Origin: Dendrobates tinctorius
Lineage: Eukaryota
NCBI RefSeq assembly: GCF_039654945.1
Contig: NW_027361709.1
Coordinates: 5,270,001 to 5,334,000, forward strand
Length of the DNA: 64,000 nt
Direction: 5' to 3'
Of the stretch, positions 1 to 13,700 are shown one piece after another. Position numbers and translations under genes: made by a program. The first letter of the stretch is position 1. Each line of letters begins with the position of its first letter. Under the pieces are notes generated by a model, which ran no database searches, had not been told where the DNA came from, and saw nothing but the letters and a program-made list of their open reading frames with translations.

Positions 1-272
1 GTATTATAGTAGTTATATTCTTGTACATAGGGGCAGTATTATAGCAGTTATATTCTTGTACATAGGAGCAGTATTATAGTAGTTATATTCTTGTACATAG
101 GGGGCAGTATTATAGTAGTTATATTCTTGTACATAGGAGCAGTATTATAGTAGTTATATTCTTGTACATGGGGGGCAGTATTATAGCGGTTATATTCTTG
201 TACATAGGAGGCAGCAATGCAGTAGTTATATTCTTGTACATAGGGGGTAGAATTATAGAAGTTATATTCATT
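1..272. repeat. ~36-38 bp minisatellite (GCAGTATTATAGTAGTTATATTCTTGTACATAGGRG), truncated by the window start
   Basis: About 7 near-identical tandem units, read directly. Confidence 0.95.
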
Positions 273-1829
273 TAGTATGACAGTATTTTATTCTTGAGTA
301 TTAAATGAAAAAAAAAACAAAACAGTCTTCATCATTTAATCAACCAGAATAAATAAATACATACGGTATGTGGCATTCTATGAGGCCAGAACTAACGCAA
401 GCGTCACGTGCACACTGAAGGCAGCACTTGACTGATCCTGTCTGTGGGAGAGAGCACAGAAGGCGCAGGGAACCTCATTGACATTCTGCACACACCACGG
501 ACACATGTTTTTCCATTAATGTCCAATGTGTGTCAGCCCTAAGATAAGGCTTCCTACATCATGTCCGAGCAGTCATCTAGAGAATGGGACTGTGTGTAAG
601 CTATTGCCCAGTACTTAAATCCCAAGGAAGAAGTCACTGAGCTATCTCCCCAACACACACGCAGGTGGCCCTAGATAAGGACTGTGAAGAGAGTAACAAG
701 GGGGAAGGGGACGAAATTAATGATGTGACGGTTTGGGGAGAGGTAGAGGAGAAAGACACAAATCAATGTTGTAGATGGGCGCCCTTACAAGCAGCAATGT
801 GTGCCGCCTGCCATGCAGACCCTGGTCAAAAGGGCGCTAAACAGATGCCTGGTAGTTCAGGTGTAATCTTCATATTAATCTATGTCATTGTGAACAGCCC
901 GGGGCGTAATCAAGACACACAAAGGACCGGCATGAATTTAGATGAATAATAATATTCAGGTCAAGCTCATTCTCCCTTTACAGATGCATCATAGTCACAC
1001 TGCGCTATTAACCCTCTCAGGGGCATCAGCGACGAACGCACTGGGACGGACATTATGGTCAATTGTTAAAAAAAAAAATTCAAAAGTAAAATTATAGGAC
1101 ACGGATCGGCTTTGGATCTCAGGTCTCCTTGCATTGTACTAGAGGGTTTTACTCTTTGAGCAATTTGGTAGATTGAATTACGGTAAATATTATAAAATGT
1201 AGATTTTTTTTCTTCTATATTTTTTGTTATGCCGTCACTTGTCATAAAGGCCTTTTGTTTCTCCCTCTCCACCTAATTTGTAATAATCAGCGCAGTCTGA
1301 AGACATCATCTGGGTCCAAGTCAAAACTACTGGGCTCAACTCTTACCCCAAACCTAACTAATCCCAATATTCTTAGCCAAAAAAAAAATCAATCCACAGT
1401 TCTGCCCCCTCATCCATCCTCTGTCCTTAAAGAGACTTACAACTTTCTTCTTGTCCCATCAAAGCATTATACTTTAAGACTTCTCCAATGCTGCACCTGC
1501 TCTCTGGATTGCGCTATTAACAATTCTGATCCCTCGGTTACACTATTTGCATAAAAGTATTGGACCTATTGCCCCCTGTGCATAACATTCAGCCCCACTG
1601 TCCCCCGATGCATAACAATCGGCCCATCTACCCCCCTGTGTATAACATTCAGGGCCATTGCTCACCCATGGCGTATAACATCCGACCCCTTATCCCCCTA
1701 GTGTACAACCTCCAGCCTATCACCCCCGCAGTAACACCTCCGTCCCCCACCATGCCGACAGCATTTACTAACATGTGACAGACCCGCCTTTGGTGCAGAG
1801 CTCACTGATCTCAGCGCGGTCCTGTAATA

Positions 1830-2627
1830 GGAGCCATCGATATAACAAGTCCGTCCATGACATTTCTTCCTCCTGAATCTTCCCCATCACCTGTGAGTGA
1901 TATCACTTAGAAGTGGAGGGAACCGCAGCAACTCAGCAATGAAGTAGAGACCACGTAATGTTACAGAGCGGGGAGTCGAGTGCTGAGGAGCAGAGGGCAG
2001 AAAAGTCACCACCGCTCTGTTGACCCCATAACTGCAGAGTCCAGACATTATCATCAGCACAAGCACTGCACCCCGCCGGGAGCTTCACGACTGAGTAGCT
2101 GCATGCAGCCGTACATCACCAAGCACAATGCCGAGCGTTGGATGGAATGGTGTAAAGCTGCCACCACTATACTCTGGAGGAGACGTGTTCTCTGCTCTGA
2201 CAGACCACACTTCTCCATCTGACTTCTGATGGAGGAGTCTGGGTTTGGTGGTTCCAGGAAGACATCACCTCCTGACTGCATTGTTTCAGCTATACAGATG
2301 GTGGAGGTTAATGCTATGGGCTGTTATTAGGGGGCGGCCTCGGACCCTCAGCTCCAGTGATGGGAAATCTTCATCTTCAGCACAAGACATTGTGTACAAT
2401 TGTATCTTTAGCTTTGTGGGAACAGTTTGGAGAAGACCCTTCTCTGTTACCCATGACTGTGCCCAGTACACAAGCTCCATACAGACATGGAAAGGAGAAC
2501 AAAAGAGGCCTCACAGAGCCCAGACCTCAGCCCCATTCATCCCCATGGGGAGGAAAGCAAATCAATATTAATACCTATGGATTTAGAATTATTTTATTAG
2601 TGTCACAATACTTTTGTCCATATAGTG
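1830..2627 (+). mobile_element. Highly decayed Tc1-like transposon remnant
   Basis: Broken Tc1-like peptides (TKHNAERWMEWCKA, WRRRVLCSD, a GGG-MLW-like segment) and a Tc1-type end ACAATACTTTTGTCCATATAGTG. Left boundary is approximate. Confidence 0.65.
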
Positions 2628-4424
2628 CATCTTCTCCCCATATCCTTGTATAGCACGTTATCCATTCCTCTTGTTATAATAGCTCAGTCATCTTCTTTCC
2701 CTTATCAAAACCTCAAACTTTTTTTTAGGACTTCTCCTGTGCTGCGCCTGTCCTCTAGATTGGGCTTCTTCAGTCAATGAAACTATACGCTCTTTCAACT
2801 TCTTATCAAAAGCTTTCAGCCCTCTACACAATGATATTTTTGTCTTTTTTTATTAGGCAAAGCATGATATTAGATAGAGAAACTCTAGAAACAATATTGC
2901 ACATCAGCCCGACGTCCAATAACGTGAAAAGCAATAAAATTGCCTGCAGGCGAACCAGTAAATCACTGGAATCAATAATGAGCGCTCGTACCAGTCACCA
3001 GAGTCTCTGCGACGACAAAAAGGATCATTTTCAACCACTTTATTCCCTTGATTGCAATTTTTTCCTTAGTTTTTTTGTGGCCATTGGAACAACCCGACGT
3101 GAAATGTGAAGATTCCATCATCTAGTGTCGCCAAGCATTGGATATTACAGATTCTTTTGCTGTGATCGTAATCGTTTTTTTATGATCTCTGCTTATTGGT
3201 GATTCCTTCAGGCATGAAGTTCATCTACTGTTAGCTGAAAGTCGATAACTGACATCTGAAAAGGTTGAGGAGCCATTTCTCACCCGCTCAGAATCTGCTT
3301 ACGCTGAAGAAAGCGACATTATCATTTTATGCGGTTACAACTACGTTGGAAGCTTCTGCTTTTGAAAACATCGGGATCTGAGCCGACAGGACAAAAATTT
3401 CTGACTTCAAAAGAAATATAAAAGCTTTATTTTCAGAGAAAGTGCAGGATAGAAAACAGTGAGCGAGACAAGAGAGGGGAGCGGAGGGGGAAGTGCCGCA
3501 ATAAGTTTGCAGAGCTTCACCAGCTATTAAAGTCACGGCAAGAACATCAGCTGCTGAAATCTGCACAAACCCTCCGAACGCAAATTAACCTTCAGAGCGA
3601 GGAGATAACAGCCTGAGCAGAGCAGGAACGGGGACGGCGAGATGGCGGCAAATGTCTGACGAATCAACTGAACCGGGAAGGGGAGAGAAAAGCTCGGCGC
3701 AGATCTGCTGTACACCGCGTCAGCACCCAAAAAAATCGTACTGTCAGGTAGCCCTATCTATACGTCATGGGAATAAGGGCGATCCAGGACAACTGCAGAG
3801 ATCCTTACCGCCTCTGGCGGCCTCATGTTTTCTCCACTCATTTGAATGGGCGCCCTGTGATAACGCACTGGCTGTATAGAACTTTCCCTGCAGCGTTTAC
3901 GGACCCGCTTGGTGGCGCTCTTGAGCATCTGCTAACAGGTTCTGCCATGAATCTACTGATCACGGGGAGCAGGACTTCTTGTGATCCGCCTGTCATGTGA
4001 TACTATATTGGCGCTCGGCCTTCCCTTGCAATGACCATGTGGTGGCGCTGTAAGCTCATTAAACACTTGCTGCCATGTTCTCTTACAAGTCATTACTGAT
4101 CCTAAAAATCTTATGGTCACCTTAATACATAGGGTCCTTCGGGGACAAAAAAAAAAAAAAAAAAAAAAGAGGGGAGATCATTTACAGCAGATAAACTTCT
4201 GTGCCCAAAAATAAGGTTTTTGAAGTAGCGAAAAAAAAAACAGAAAACAAAAAAACAAATAAGCCTGCCTGTAAATCCCCTGCTGATCCAGTGCCATCAC
4301 TACGGTGCTCTCCTTTAGCCCTAGGGGTACGCGGCTCCAGCAATGAGTGAGGCAGGTCAGTCATTGTCTGCAGAAGTCATAAGTGGTACATGGCATGTCA
4401 TTTCTGCAGCTAAGATACAGTAGA

Positions 4425-5480
4425 GGTATGGGCTACGCCAGAGGGACAGAGTACACCAGAGTGCTGGGCTACACCAGAGTGCTGGGCTACGCCAGAGTGC
4501 TGGGCTACGCCAGAGGGACGGTCTATGCCAGAGAGACGGGGTGCACTAGAGTGCTGAGCTACACCAGAGTGCTAGGCTACACGAGAGTGCTGGGCTACGC
4601 CAGAGTGCTGGGCTACGCCAGAGGGACGGTCTATGCCAGAGAGATGGGGTACGCCAGAGAGACGGGGTACACTAGAGTGCTGGGCTACACCAGAGTGCTG
4701 GCTTACACCAGAGGGACGCAGTACGCCAGAGGGACGGGATATGCCAGAGGGACGGGCTACGCCAGAGTGGTGGCTTACACCAGAGTGCCGGCTTACACCA
4801 GAGTGCCGGCTTACACCAGAGTGCCGGCTTACACCAGAGTGCCGGGCTACTCTAGAGGGACGTAGTATGCCAGAGGGACGGGGGTACACCAGAGGGACGG
4901 TCTATGCCAGAGAGATGGGGTACGCCAGAGAGACGGGGTACACTAGAGTGCTGAGCTACACCAGAGTGCTGGGCTACACCAGAGTGCTGAGCTACACCAG
5001 AGTGCTGGCTTACACCAGAGGGACGCAGTACGCCAGAGGGACGCGGTTCGTCAGAGGGACAGTCTACGCCAGAGAGACGGGGTATGCCAGAGTGCTGGGC
5101 TACGCCAGAGTGCCGGCTTACACCAGAGTGCCGGGCTACGCTAGAGGGACGTAGTATGCCAGAGGGACGGTCTACGCCAGAGGGACGGTCTACGCCAGAG
5201 GGACGGTCTACGCCAGAGGGACGGTCTACGCCAGAGGGACGGTCTACGCCAAGGGGACGGGGTTCGCCAAGGGGACGGGGTTCGCCAAGGGGACAAGTTA
5301 CGCTAGGGGACAAGATACGCCAAGGGACAGGGAACTCCAGAGGGATGGAGTACACTAGAGCGCTGGGCTACACTAAAAAGCTGGATTATGCTAGATAGAT
5401 GGACTACGCTAGAGCGATGGTGTAAGCTCGAGCGATGAAGTACACAAAGGGATGGAGTACGCTAGAAGGATGGAGTTCGC
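4425..5480. repeat. 18-bp-unit minisatellite (CCAGAGTGCTGGGCTACA / CCAGAGGGACGGTCTACG variants), decaying to the right
   Basis: Direct 18-bp periodicity; produces spurious hexapeptide-repeat ORFs. Confidence 0.93.
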
Positions 5481-5485
5481 TAGAG

Positions 5486-5646
5486 CAGGGTTCCCCAACT
5501 CCAGTCCTCAAGGCCCACAACAGATCATGTTTTCAGGATTTCCCTTGTATTGTACAGGTGATGCAATTATCACCTGGGTAATACTAAGGAAATCCTGAAA
5601 ACATGACCTGTTGGTGGGCCTTGAGGACTGGAGTTGGGGAACCCTG
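5486..5646. mobile_element. Palindromic hAT-type MITE (161 bp)
   Basis: Termini CAGGGTTCCCCAACTCCAGTCCTCAAGGCCCAC...GTGGGCCTTGAGGACTGGAGTTGGGGAACCCTG; perfect 8-bp TSD CGCTAGAG at 5478-5485 and 5647-5654. Confidence 0.93.
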
Positions 5647-6514
5647 CGCTAGAGCGCAGGAGGATTTAACGGGTAAGTAATCATTTTTCTACAGCTCTAG
5701 CACATTTCTTCCACCCCTCAGCCACTTTTCTCACAATTTGGAAACCTCTGTATATCTAGAATATACTATACAGAGAGAAGTGTTTCTGCACACCACCTGC
5801 CTTAGGGTACGGTAATTTCCAAATGTTCAGTCCATCCCACGCACGTTTCAGCATCCAATCATTGTGCTCTATAACTCTGTACCGTACAGGGCATTACGCC
5901 CCGGGCCCCACACTGTACATTCGGGATGGAGTAATTGTTGCATTTTGGGACGTGTTGGGTTGTAAGGTGGCAGTGAATCGGATCCTCATCTAAATCCTGA
6001 GCTCCTCTCTGGAAACGTTGGACATATTTTTAGGTTCTGTCCAAATAAATCTTTACAGAGAAAGCTGCTGGTGGCCAGATCTGGGGTCAGAGAAGATTCA
6101 TTAAATCCCTGTCTGAGTCTGCCAAGTTCTGCCTGATTCGGCCTCGTAAATGTATCAGCGCTGGACGTTCTTCAGGCCGCAGGATGTTCTTGCTTCCACC
6201 TCCCGACCCAGAGCAGTGAATCTGCCTCTTCAAACATCTCCCTTTAGCAGCAGGATTTACAGCTCCAGAATTAGATTTACATCATTTTATTTTGTATTTT
6301 CATAACTTTCTTCTGTTACCTTCAGTCTCCTGTTTATACATTTATCACCAAAAGCTCATTCACGCCCCGAACACAAGAACAGGGTCTACGAGTGCTAATA
6401 TATAAGCTGATAATTAGTGATGGTAATAAGGAATATGAACACTCAGCAGGAATTTAGTCATTATAATCAGAGTGAGAATTCATGCAAACCTCAGCTCCAC
6501 TGGATAAACCATAA

Positions 6515-8310
6515 GTAATGTACCAGCAGAATAGTGAGTGCAGCTCCGGAGAATAATACAGGAGGTAACTCAGGATCAGTAATGTAATGTATGTACACAG
6601 TGACTGCACCAGCAGAATAGTGAGTGCAGCTCTGGAGTATAATACAGGATGTAACTCAGGATCAGTAATGTATGTACACAGTGACTGCACCAGCAGAATA
6701 GTGAGTGCAGCTCTGGAGTATAATACAGGATGTAACTCAGGATCAGTAATGTAATGTATGTACACAGTGACTGCACCAGCAGAATAGTGAGCGCAGCTCT
6801 GGAGTATAAAACAGGATGTAACTCAGGATCAGTAATGTAATGTATGTACACAGTGACTGCACCAGAAGAATAGTGAATGCAGCTCTGGGGTATAATACAG
6901 GATGTAACTCAGGATCAGTAATGTAATGTATGTACACAGTGACTGCACCAGCAGAATAGTGAGTGCAGCTCTGGGGTATAATACAGGATGTAACTCAGGA
7001 TCAGTAATGTAATGTATGTACACAGTGACTGCACCAGCAGAATAGTGAGAGCAGCTCTGGCGTATAATACAGGATGTAACTCAGGATCAGTAATGTATGT
7101 ACACAGTGACTGCACCAGCAGAATGAGTGCAGCTCTGGCGTATAATACAGGATGTAACTCAGGATCAGTAATGTATGTACACAGTGACTGCACCAGCAGA
7201 ATAGTGAGTGCAGCTCTGGAGTATAATACAGGATGTAACTCAGGATCAGTAATGTAATGTATGTACACAGTGACTGCACCAGCAGAATAGTGAGTGCAGC
7301 TCTGGAGTATAATACAGGGTGTAACTCAGGATCAGTAATGAGATGTATGTACACAGTGACTGCACCAGCAGAATAGTGAGTGCAGCTCTGGAGTGTAATA
7401 CAGGATGTAACTCAGGATCAGTAATGTAATGTATGTACACAGTGACTGCACCAGCAGAATAGTGAGTTCAGCTCTGGGGTATAATACAGGAGGTAACTCA
7501 GGATCAGTAACGTAATGTATGTACACAGTGACTGCACCAGCAGAATAGTGAGTGCAGCTCTAGAGAATAATACAGGATGTAACTCAAGATCAGTAATGTA
7601 TGTACATAGTGACTGTATCAGCAGAATAGTGAGCGCAGCTCTGGAGTATAATACAGGATGTAACTCAGGATCAGTACAGGATTAGTAATGTAATGTATGT
7701 GGACAGTGACTACACCAGCAGAATAGTGAGTGCAGCTCTAGAGAATAATACAGGATATAACTCAAGATCAGTAATGTATGTACATAGTGACTGTATCAGC
7801 AGAATAGTGAGTGCAGCTCTGGAGTATAATACAGGAGGTAACTCAGGATCAGTAATTTAATGTATGTACACAGAGACCGCACCAGCAGAATAGTGAGCAC
7901 AGCTCTGGAGTATAATACAGGCTATAACTCAGGATCAGTACAGGATTAGTAATGTAATGTATGTGCACAGTGACTGCACCAGCAGAATAGTGAGTGCAGC
8001 TCTGGAGTATAATACAGGAGGTAACTCAGGATCAGTAATGTAATGTATGTACACAGTGACTGCACCAGCAGAATAGTGAGTGCAGCTCTGGGGTATAATA
8101 CAGGATGTAACTCCGGATCAGTAATGTATGTACAAAGTGACTGCACCAGCAGAATAGTGAGCACAGCTCTGGAGTATAATACAGGCTGTAACTCAGGATC
8201 AGTACAGGATTAGTAATGTAATGTATGTACACAGTGACTGCACCAGCAGAATAGTGAGTGCAGCTCTGGAGTATAATACAGGATGTAACTCTGGATTAGT
8301 AATATAATGC
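6515..8310 (+). repeat. 81/86-bp satellite, array 1
   Basis: Unit CAGTAATGT(AATGT)ATGTACACAGTGACTGCACCAGCAGAATAGTGAGTGCAGCTCTGGAGTATAATACAGGATGTAACTCAGGAT, about 21 copies. Confidence 0.97.
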
Positions 8311-10606
8311 ATTTTAAAAGTTACTCATAAATTTATGTAGAATAATGCCGATTGAGAGTATTCTGCCCATTGGGGCAAAAAAAATTAAGTTAAAATTACT
8401 GTTGTCACTTTAATAAGTTGTAATACTCTGATAGTGACGTCAAATGTGGCAATAGCACCATTGGGTGACGTTTAATTGTATAACATGTTTTTCTGTAAAG
8501 CAGTCACTTGCATTGTAGGAGAAACCAATGCATTTTGGGTAAGAAGGTCCTGGTGAAGCAGTCAATTTGTAAGAAGCAGTTTAGCAGAACAGTTGTGTAA
8601 AACTTTCTCCTGTATCATATTACTAAAAGTCCATTATCCTGGATAAAGTATATCTGGTGAGGGCACTATCTCTGTTCTGTGGTACTGTGTAGTCAGAACT
8701 ATTGATAAATCAGACTGTGATTATTACAAGGTCGTGTTCACATGTACAAGCTCCAGGTTTCCGCCTTATGTCAGTTTACAAACCGTGACAACGGGAAGAA
8801 GACAAAAGAGTGAGGTCTAAAAATTGTTCTCAGAGCTGATATTACCTTTTAAAGCTGTTGTTAATCTGAGCCTATAGGACAAGACAGTGAAAGTTGCTGG
8901 TCAGATAGAGGCTTTTCCATAGAAGATGGAAGTATGTAGCCCACATTCTTTTAACAATGGTTTCCCATCATGCATTTGAAGCCCTCGTATCTCGCTGCCT
9001 CCTCGAGATCCCCCACATTCGCTCTCTACGAACCCTCATGCTTCTTGTAATCTCCTCAACAATTGCATAGATCGTAAATCCCTGAAGTTTGACTTATTCA
9101 TTGAAAAAAATATATATATATATTTTAACCCCTTCCTGACATCCGACGTACTATCCCGTCCACGGTACCCGGGCCCGTATGACCGTGGACGGGATAGTAT
9201 GTCTACCGCGATCAGCGGCGCCCACGTGGTGAGCGCCGCTGATCGCGGCCGGGTGTCAGCTGATTATCACAGCTGACACCCGGCACTATGTGTCAGGGGC
9301 GGTCACGGACCGCCCCCGACACGTTAACCCCTTGCACACCGCGATCAAACATGATCGCGGTGTACCGGGAGTTAAAGGGAAGCATCGGCAGGGAGGGGGC
9401 TCCCTCCATGCTTCCCTGAGCCCCCCACGGCAGCGCAATGTGCAGCGCTGCTGCGGGGGGGCTCCTATCCTCCAGGCCCCCGAATCCAAGATGGCGACGG
9501 GGGCCTTCGGGGACCTGAGGAAGCTGGCTTCCTCAGTGCCTGCAAAGCGCAGGCAAGAGGAAGTCTGCTTCAATGCCTGCGACAGATTGCTGATCTGTCA
9601 CAGTGATCTGTGATGTGACAGATCAGCGATCTGTCACAGGACAGTGATGTCCCACCTGGGACTATGTAATAAAGTAAAAAAATAATTAAAAAAAAATGTA
9701 AAAATAAATTTAAAAAAATCGCCAAATAAATTAGTAAAAAAAAAAAAAATATTCCCCAATAAATTCATTTTTTGAAAATAATAAAAAAAAACCAATAAAA
9801 GTACACATATTAGGTATCGCCGCGTCCGTAATGACCCGCCCTATAAAACTGTCCCATTAGTTAACCCTTTTAGCGAACCCCTTAAAAAATAAAAATAAAA
9901 AACGAAGCAAAAAATAATGATTTATTATCATACCACCAAACAAAAAGTGTAATAACGCGCGATCAAAAAGACGCATATAAATATCCATGGTACCGCTGAA
10001 AACGTCATCTTGTCCCGCAAAAAACGAGCCACCACACAGCATCATCAGCGAAAAAATAAAAAAGTTATAGCTCACAGAATAAAGCGATGCAAAAATAATT
10101 ATTTTTTATATAAAATAGTTTTCATTGCATAAAACCGACAAAAACATAAAAAAACGACCTAAATGAGGTATCGCTGTAACCGTACTGACCCGAAGAATAA
10201 AACCGCCTTATCAATTTTACCGCACGCGGAACGGTGTAAACGCACCCCCCCAAAAGAAATTCATGAAACGCTGGTTTTTGTTCATTCTGCGTCCCAAAAA
10301 TAGGAATAAAAAGCGATCAAAAAATGTCACGTGCCCGAAAATGGTACCAATAAAAACGTCAACTCATCCCGCAAAAAATAAGACCTCACATGACTCAGTG
10401 GGTCAAAATACGGAAAAATTATAGCTCTCAAAATGTGGTGATGCAAAAACTATTTTTACAATAAAAAGTGTCTTTTAGCGTGTGACAGCCGCCAAAAATA
10501 AAAACCGCCATAAATAGTAAATCAACCCCCCGTTATCACCCCCTTAGTTAGGGAAAAATAATAAAACTAAAAAAAAGTATTTATCTCCATTTTCCCGTTA
10601 GGGTAA

Positions 10607-10961
10607 GGCTGTGTGCACACGCTGCGGATTAGGTGCGGATTCATCCGCGCGGATTTGTAAAATCCGCAGGTGAAACCGCAGGTCAAAAGACCTGCGGTTT
10701 TACCTGCAGATTGCTCTGCGGTTTTGTCCTGCGGTTTTTCATCTCCTCAATAGAGGAGATGGCAAACCGCAGGAGAATCCGCAGAAAGAATTGACATGTC
10801 AATTCTTTCTGCGGATTGAAAACCGCAGATAATCCGCGCGGAAAATTCCGCACCGTCTGCACTGCGGTTTTTGATTCCCATAGGGAATCATGGTACTGGG
10901 GTCCGCAGCAGCCAAAACCGCTGCGGAACCGCAGCAAAATCCGCAGCGTGTGCACACAGCC
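10607..10961. mobile_element. PIF/Harbinger-type palindromic MITE nested in the TTAA element
   Basis: TIR GGCTGTGTGCACACGCTGCGGAT...ATCCGCAGCGTGTGCACACAGCC, flanked by TAA/TTA; internal CCGCAG/CTGCGG motifs; related to the element at 38252-38668. Confidence 0.85.
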
Positions 10962-11070
10962 TTAGGGTTAGGGCTAGGGTTAGGGCTAGGGTTAGGGTTA
11001 GGGCTAGGGTTAGGGCTAGGGCTAGGGTTAGGGCTCAGATTAGGGTTAGGGGTGTGTTGGGGTTAGGGTT
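10962..11070 (+). repeat. Interstitial telomere-like (TTAGGG/CTAGGG)n tract inside the TTAA element
   Basis: Read directly. Confidence 0.9.
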
Positions 11071-11084
11071 GGAGTTATAATTGG

Positions 11085-13700
11085 GGGTTTCCACTGTTTG
11101 GGCACATCAGGGGCTCTCCAAATGCAACATGGCGTCTGATCTCAATTCCAGCCAATTCTGAGTTGAAAAAGTCAAATGGTGCTCCTTCCCTTCCAAGCTC
11201 TGCCATGCGCCCAAACAGTGTTTTACCCCCACATGTAGGGTATCAGCCTACTCAGGACAAATTGCAAAACAATTTTTGGGGTCCAATTTCTCCTGTTACC
11301 CTTAGGAAAATAAAAAATTGGGGGCAAAAATATCATTTTTGTGGAAAAAAAATATTTTTTTATTTTCACATCCGAGTGTTATAAACTTCTGTGAAGCACT
11401 TGGGGGTTCAAAGTGCTCACCACACATCTAGATAAGTTCCGTGGGGGGTCTAGTGTCCAAAATGGGGTCACTTGTGGGGAGTTTCAATAGTTTAGGTACA
11501 TCAGGGGCTCTCCAAACGCACATGACACCCGCAGACCATTCCATCAAAGTCTGCATTCCAAAACGTCACTGCTTCCCTTCCGAGCCCCGACGTGTGTCCA
11601 TACAGTAGTTTTCTCCCACATATGGGGTGTCAGCGTACTCAGGCCAAATTGGACAACAACTTTTGGGGTCCAATTTCTCCTGTTACCCTTGGGAAAATGA
11701 AAAAATTGCGGACTAATTGATCATGTTTCTGGAAAAAATATGATTTTTTTATTTTCATGCCCTGGCATTATAAACTTCTGTGAAGACCTTGGGGGTTCAA
11801 AGTGCTCACCTCACATCTAGATAAGTTCCTTAGTGGGTCTAGTTTTCAAAATGGGGTCATTTGTGGGGGGTTTCCACTGTTTAGGTACATTAGGGGCTCT
11901 CCAAAGGCAACATGACACCCGCAGACCATTCCATCAAAGTCTGCATACCAAAACGTCACTACTTCCCTTCCGAGCCCCGACGTGTGCCCATACAGTAGTT
12001 TTCACCCACATATGGGGTATCAGCATACTCAGGACAAATTGGACAACTTTTGGGGTTCAATTTCTCCTGGTACCCTTGGGAAAATAAAAAAAATGGTGAC
12101 TAAAAGATCATGTTTGTGGAAAAAATACGAATTTTTTATTTTCACGCCCGAGCGTTATAAACTTCTGTGAAGCACTGGGGGGGTCAAAGTGCTCACCACA
12201 CATCTAGATAAGTTCCTTGGGGGGTCTAGTTTACAAAATGGTGTCATTTGTGGGGGGTTTCCACTGTTTAGGTACATTAGGGGCTCTCCAAAGGCAACAT
12301 GACACCCGCAGACCATTCCATCAAAGTCTGCATTCCAAAACGTCACTACTTCCCTTCCGAGCCCCGACGTGTGCCCATACAGTAGTTTTCACCCACATAT
12401 GGGGTATCAGCATACTCAGGACAAATTGGACAACAACTTTTGGGGTCCAATTTCTCCTGGTACCCTTGGGAAAATAAAAAAATGGTGACTAAAAGATCAT
12501 GTTTGTGGAAAAAATACGAATTATTTATTTTCACGCCCGGGCATTATAAACTTCTGTGAAGCACTGGGGGGGTCAAAGTGCTCACCACACATCTAGATAA
12601 GTTTCTTAGGGGGTCTAGTTTCCAAAATGGTGTCATTTGTGGGGGGTTTCCACTGTTTTGGTACATCAGGAGTTTTCCAAACGCGACATGGTGTCCGATC
12701 TCAATTCCAGCCAAAAACGTCAAATGGCGCTGCTTCCCTTCCGAGCTCTGCCATGCGCCCAAATAGTGGATTACCCCCACATGTGGGGTATCAGCGTACT
12801 CAGAACAAATTGCACAATAACTTTTACGGTCCTGTTACCCTTGGAAAAATAAGAATTGAGGGTGAAAAGATCATTTTTGTGGAAAAAATATGATTTTTTA
12901 ACTGTATGGCTTTATGTTATAAACTTCTGTGAAGCCCATGGGGGTTCAAAGTTCTCACCACACATCTAGATAAGTTCCTTAGGGGGTCTAGTTTCCAAAA
13001 TGGTGTCATTTGTGGGGGATTTCCACTGTTTTGGTACATCAGGGGTTTTCCAAATGCGACATGGCGTCCGATCTCAATTCCAGCCAAAAACGTCAAATGG
13101 CGCTGCTTCCCTTCCGAGCTCTGCCATGCGCCCAAATAGTGGTTTACCCCCACATGTGGGGTATCAGCGTACTCAGGACAAATTGCACAATAACTTTTAG
13201 GGTCCTGTTACCCTTGGGAAAATAAAAATTGGGGTGAAAAGATCATTTTTGTGGAAAAAATATGATTTTTTAATTGTACCGCTGTACGTTATAAACTTCT
13301 GTAAAGCCCTTGTGGGTTCAAAGTTCTCACCACATATCTAGATAAGTTCCTTGGGGGGTCTAGTTTCCAAAATGGGGTCACTTGTAGGGGGTTTCCACTG
13401 TTTAGGTACATCAGGGACTCTCCAAACGTGACATGGCGTCCGATCTGAATTCCAGCCAATTTTGCATTGAAAAAGTCAAACGGCGCTCCTTCCATTCTGA
13501 GCTCTGCCATGCACCGAAACAGTCGTTCCCCCCCACAAATCAGGTATCAGCGTACTCAGGACAAATTGCACAATAACTTTTGCAGTCTAATTTCTCCTGT
13601 TACCCTTGGTAAAATAAAAAAAATTGAACCTGAAGTATTTTTTTTGTGAAAAAAAGTTAGATGTTCATTTCTTTTTAAATATTCAAAAAAATTCCTGTGA
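11085..13700. repeat. ~372-389 bp internal tandem repeat of the TTAA element (about 7 units, two subtypes)
   Basis: TTATAAACTTCTGT recurs at about 11379, 11768, 12155, 12544, 12917 and 13289. Confidence 0.9.

Noticed and set aside
4383-5398. Hexapeptide-repeat ORFs (GYTRVL / TPEGRS)
   Set aside because: Product of an 18-bp minisatellite, open in several frames on both strands, with no splice context.
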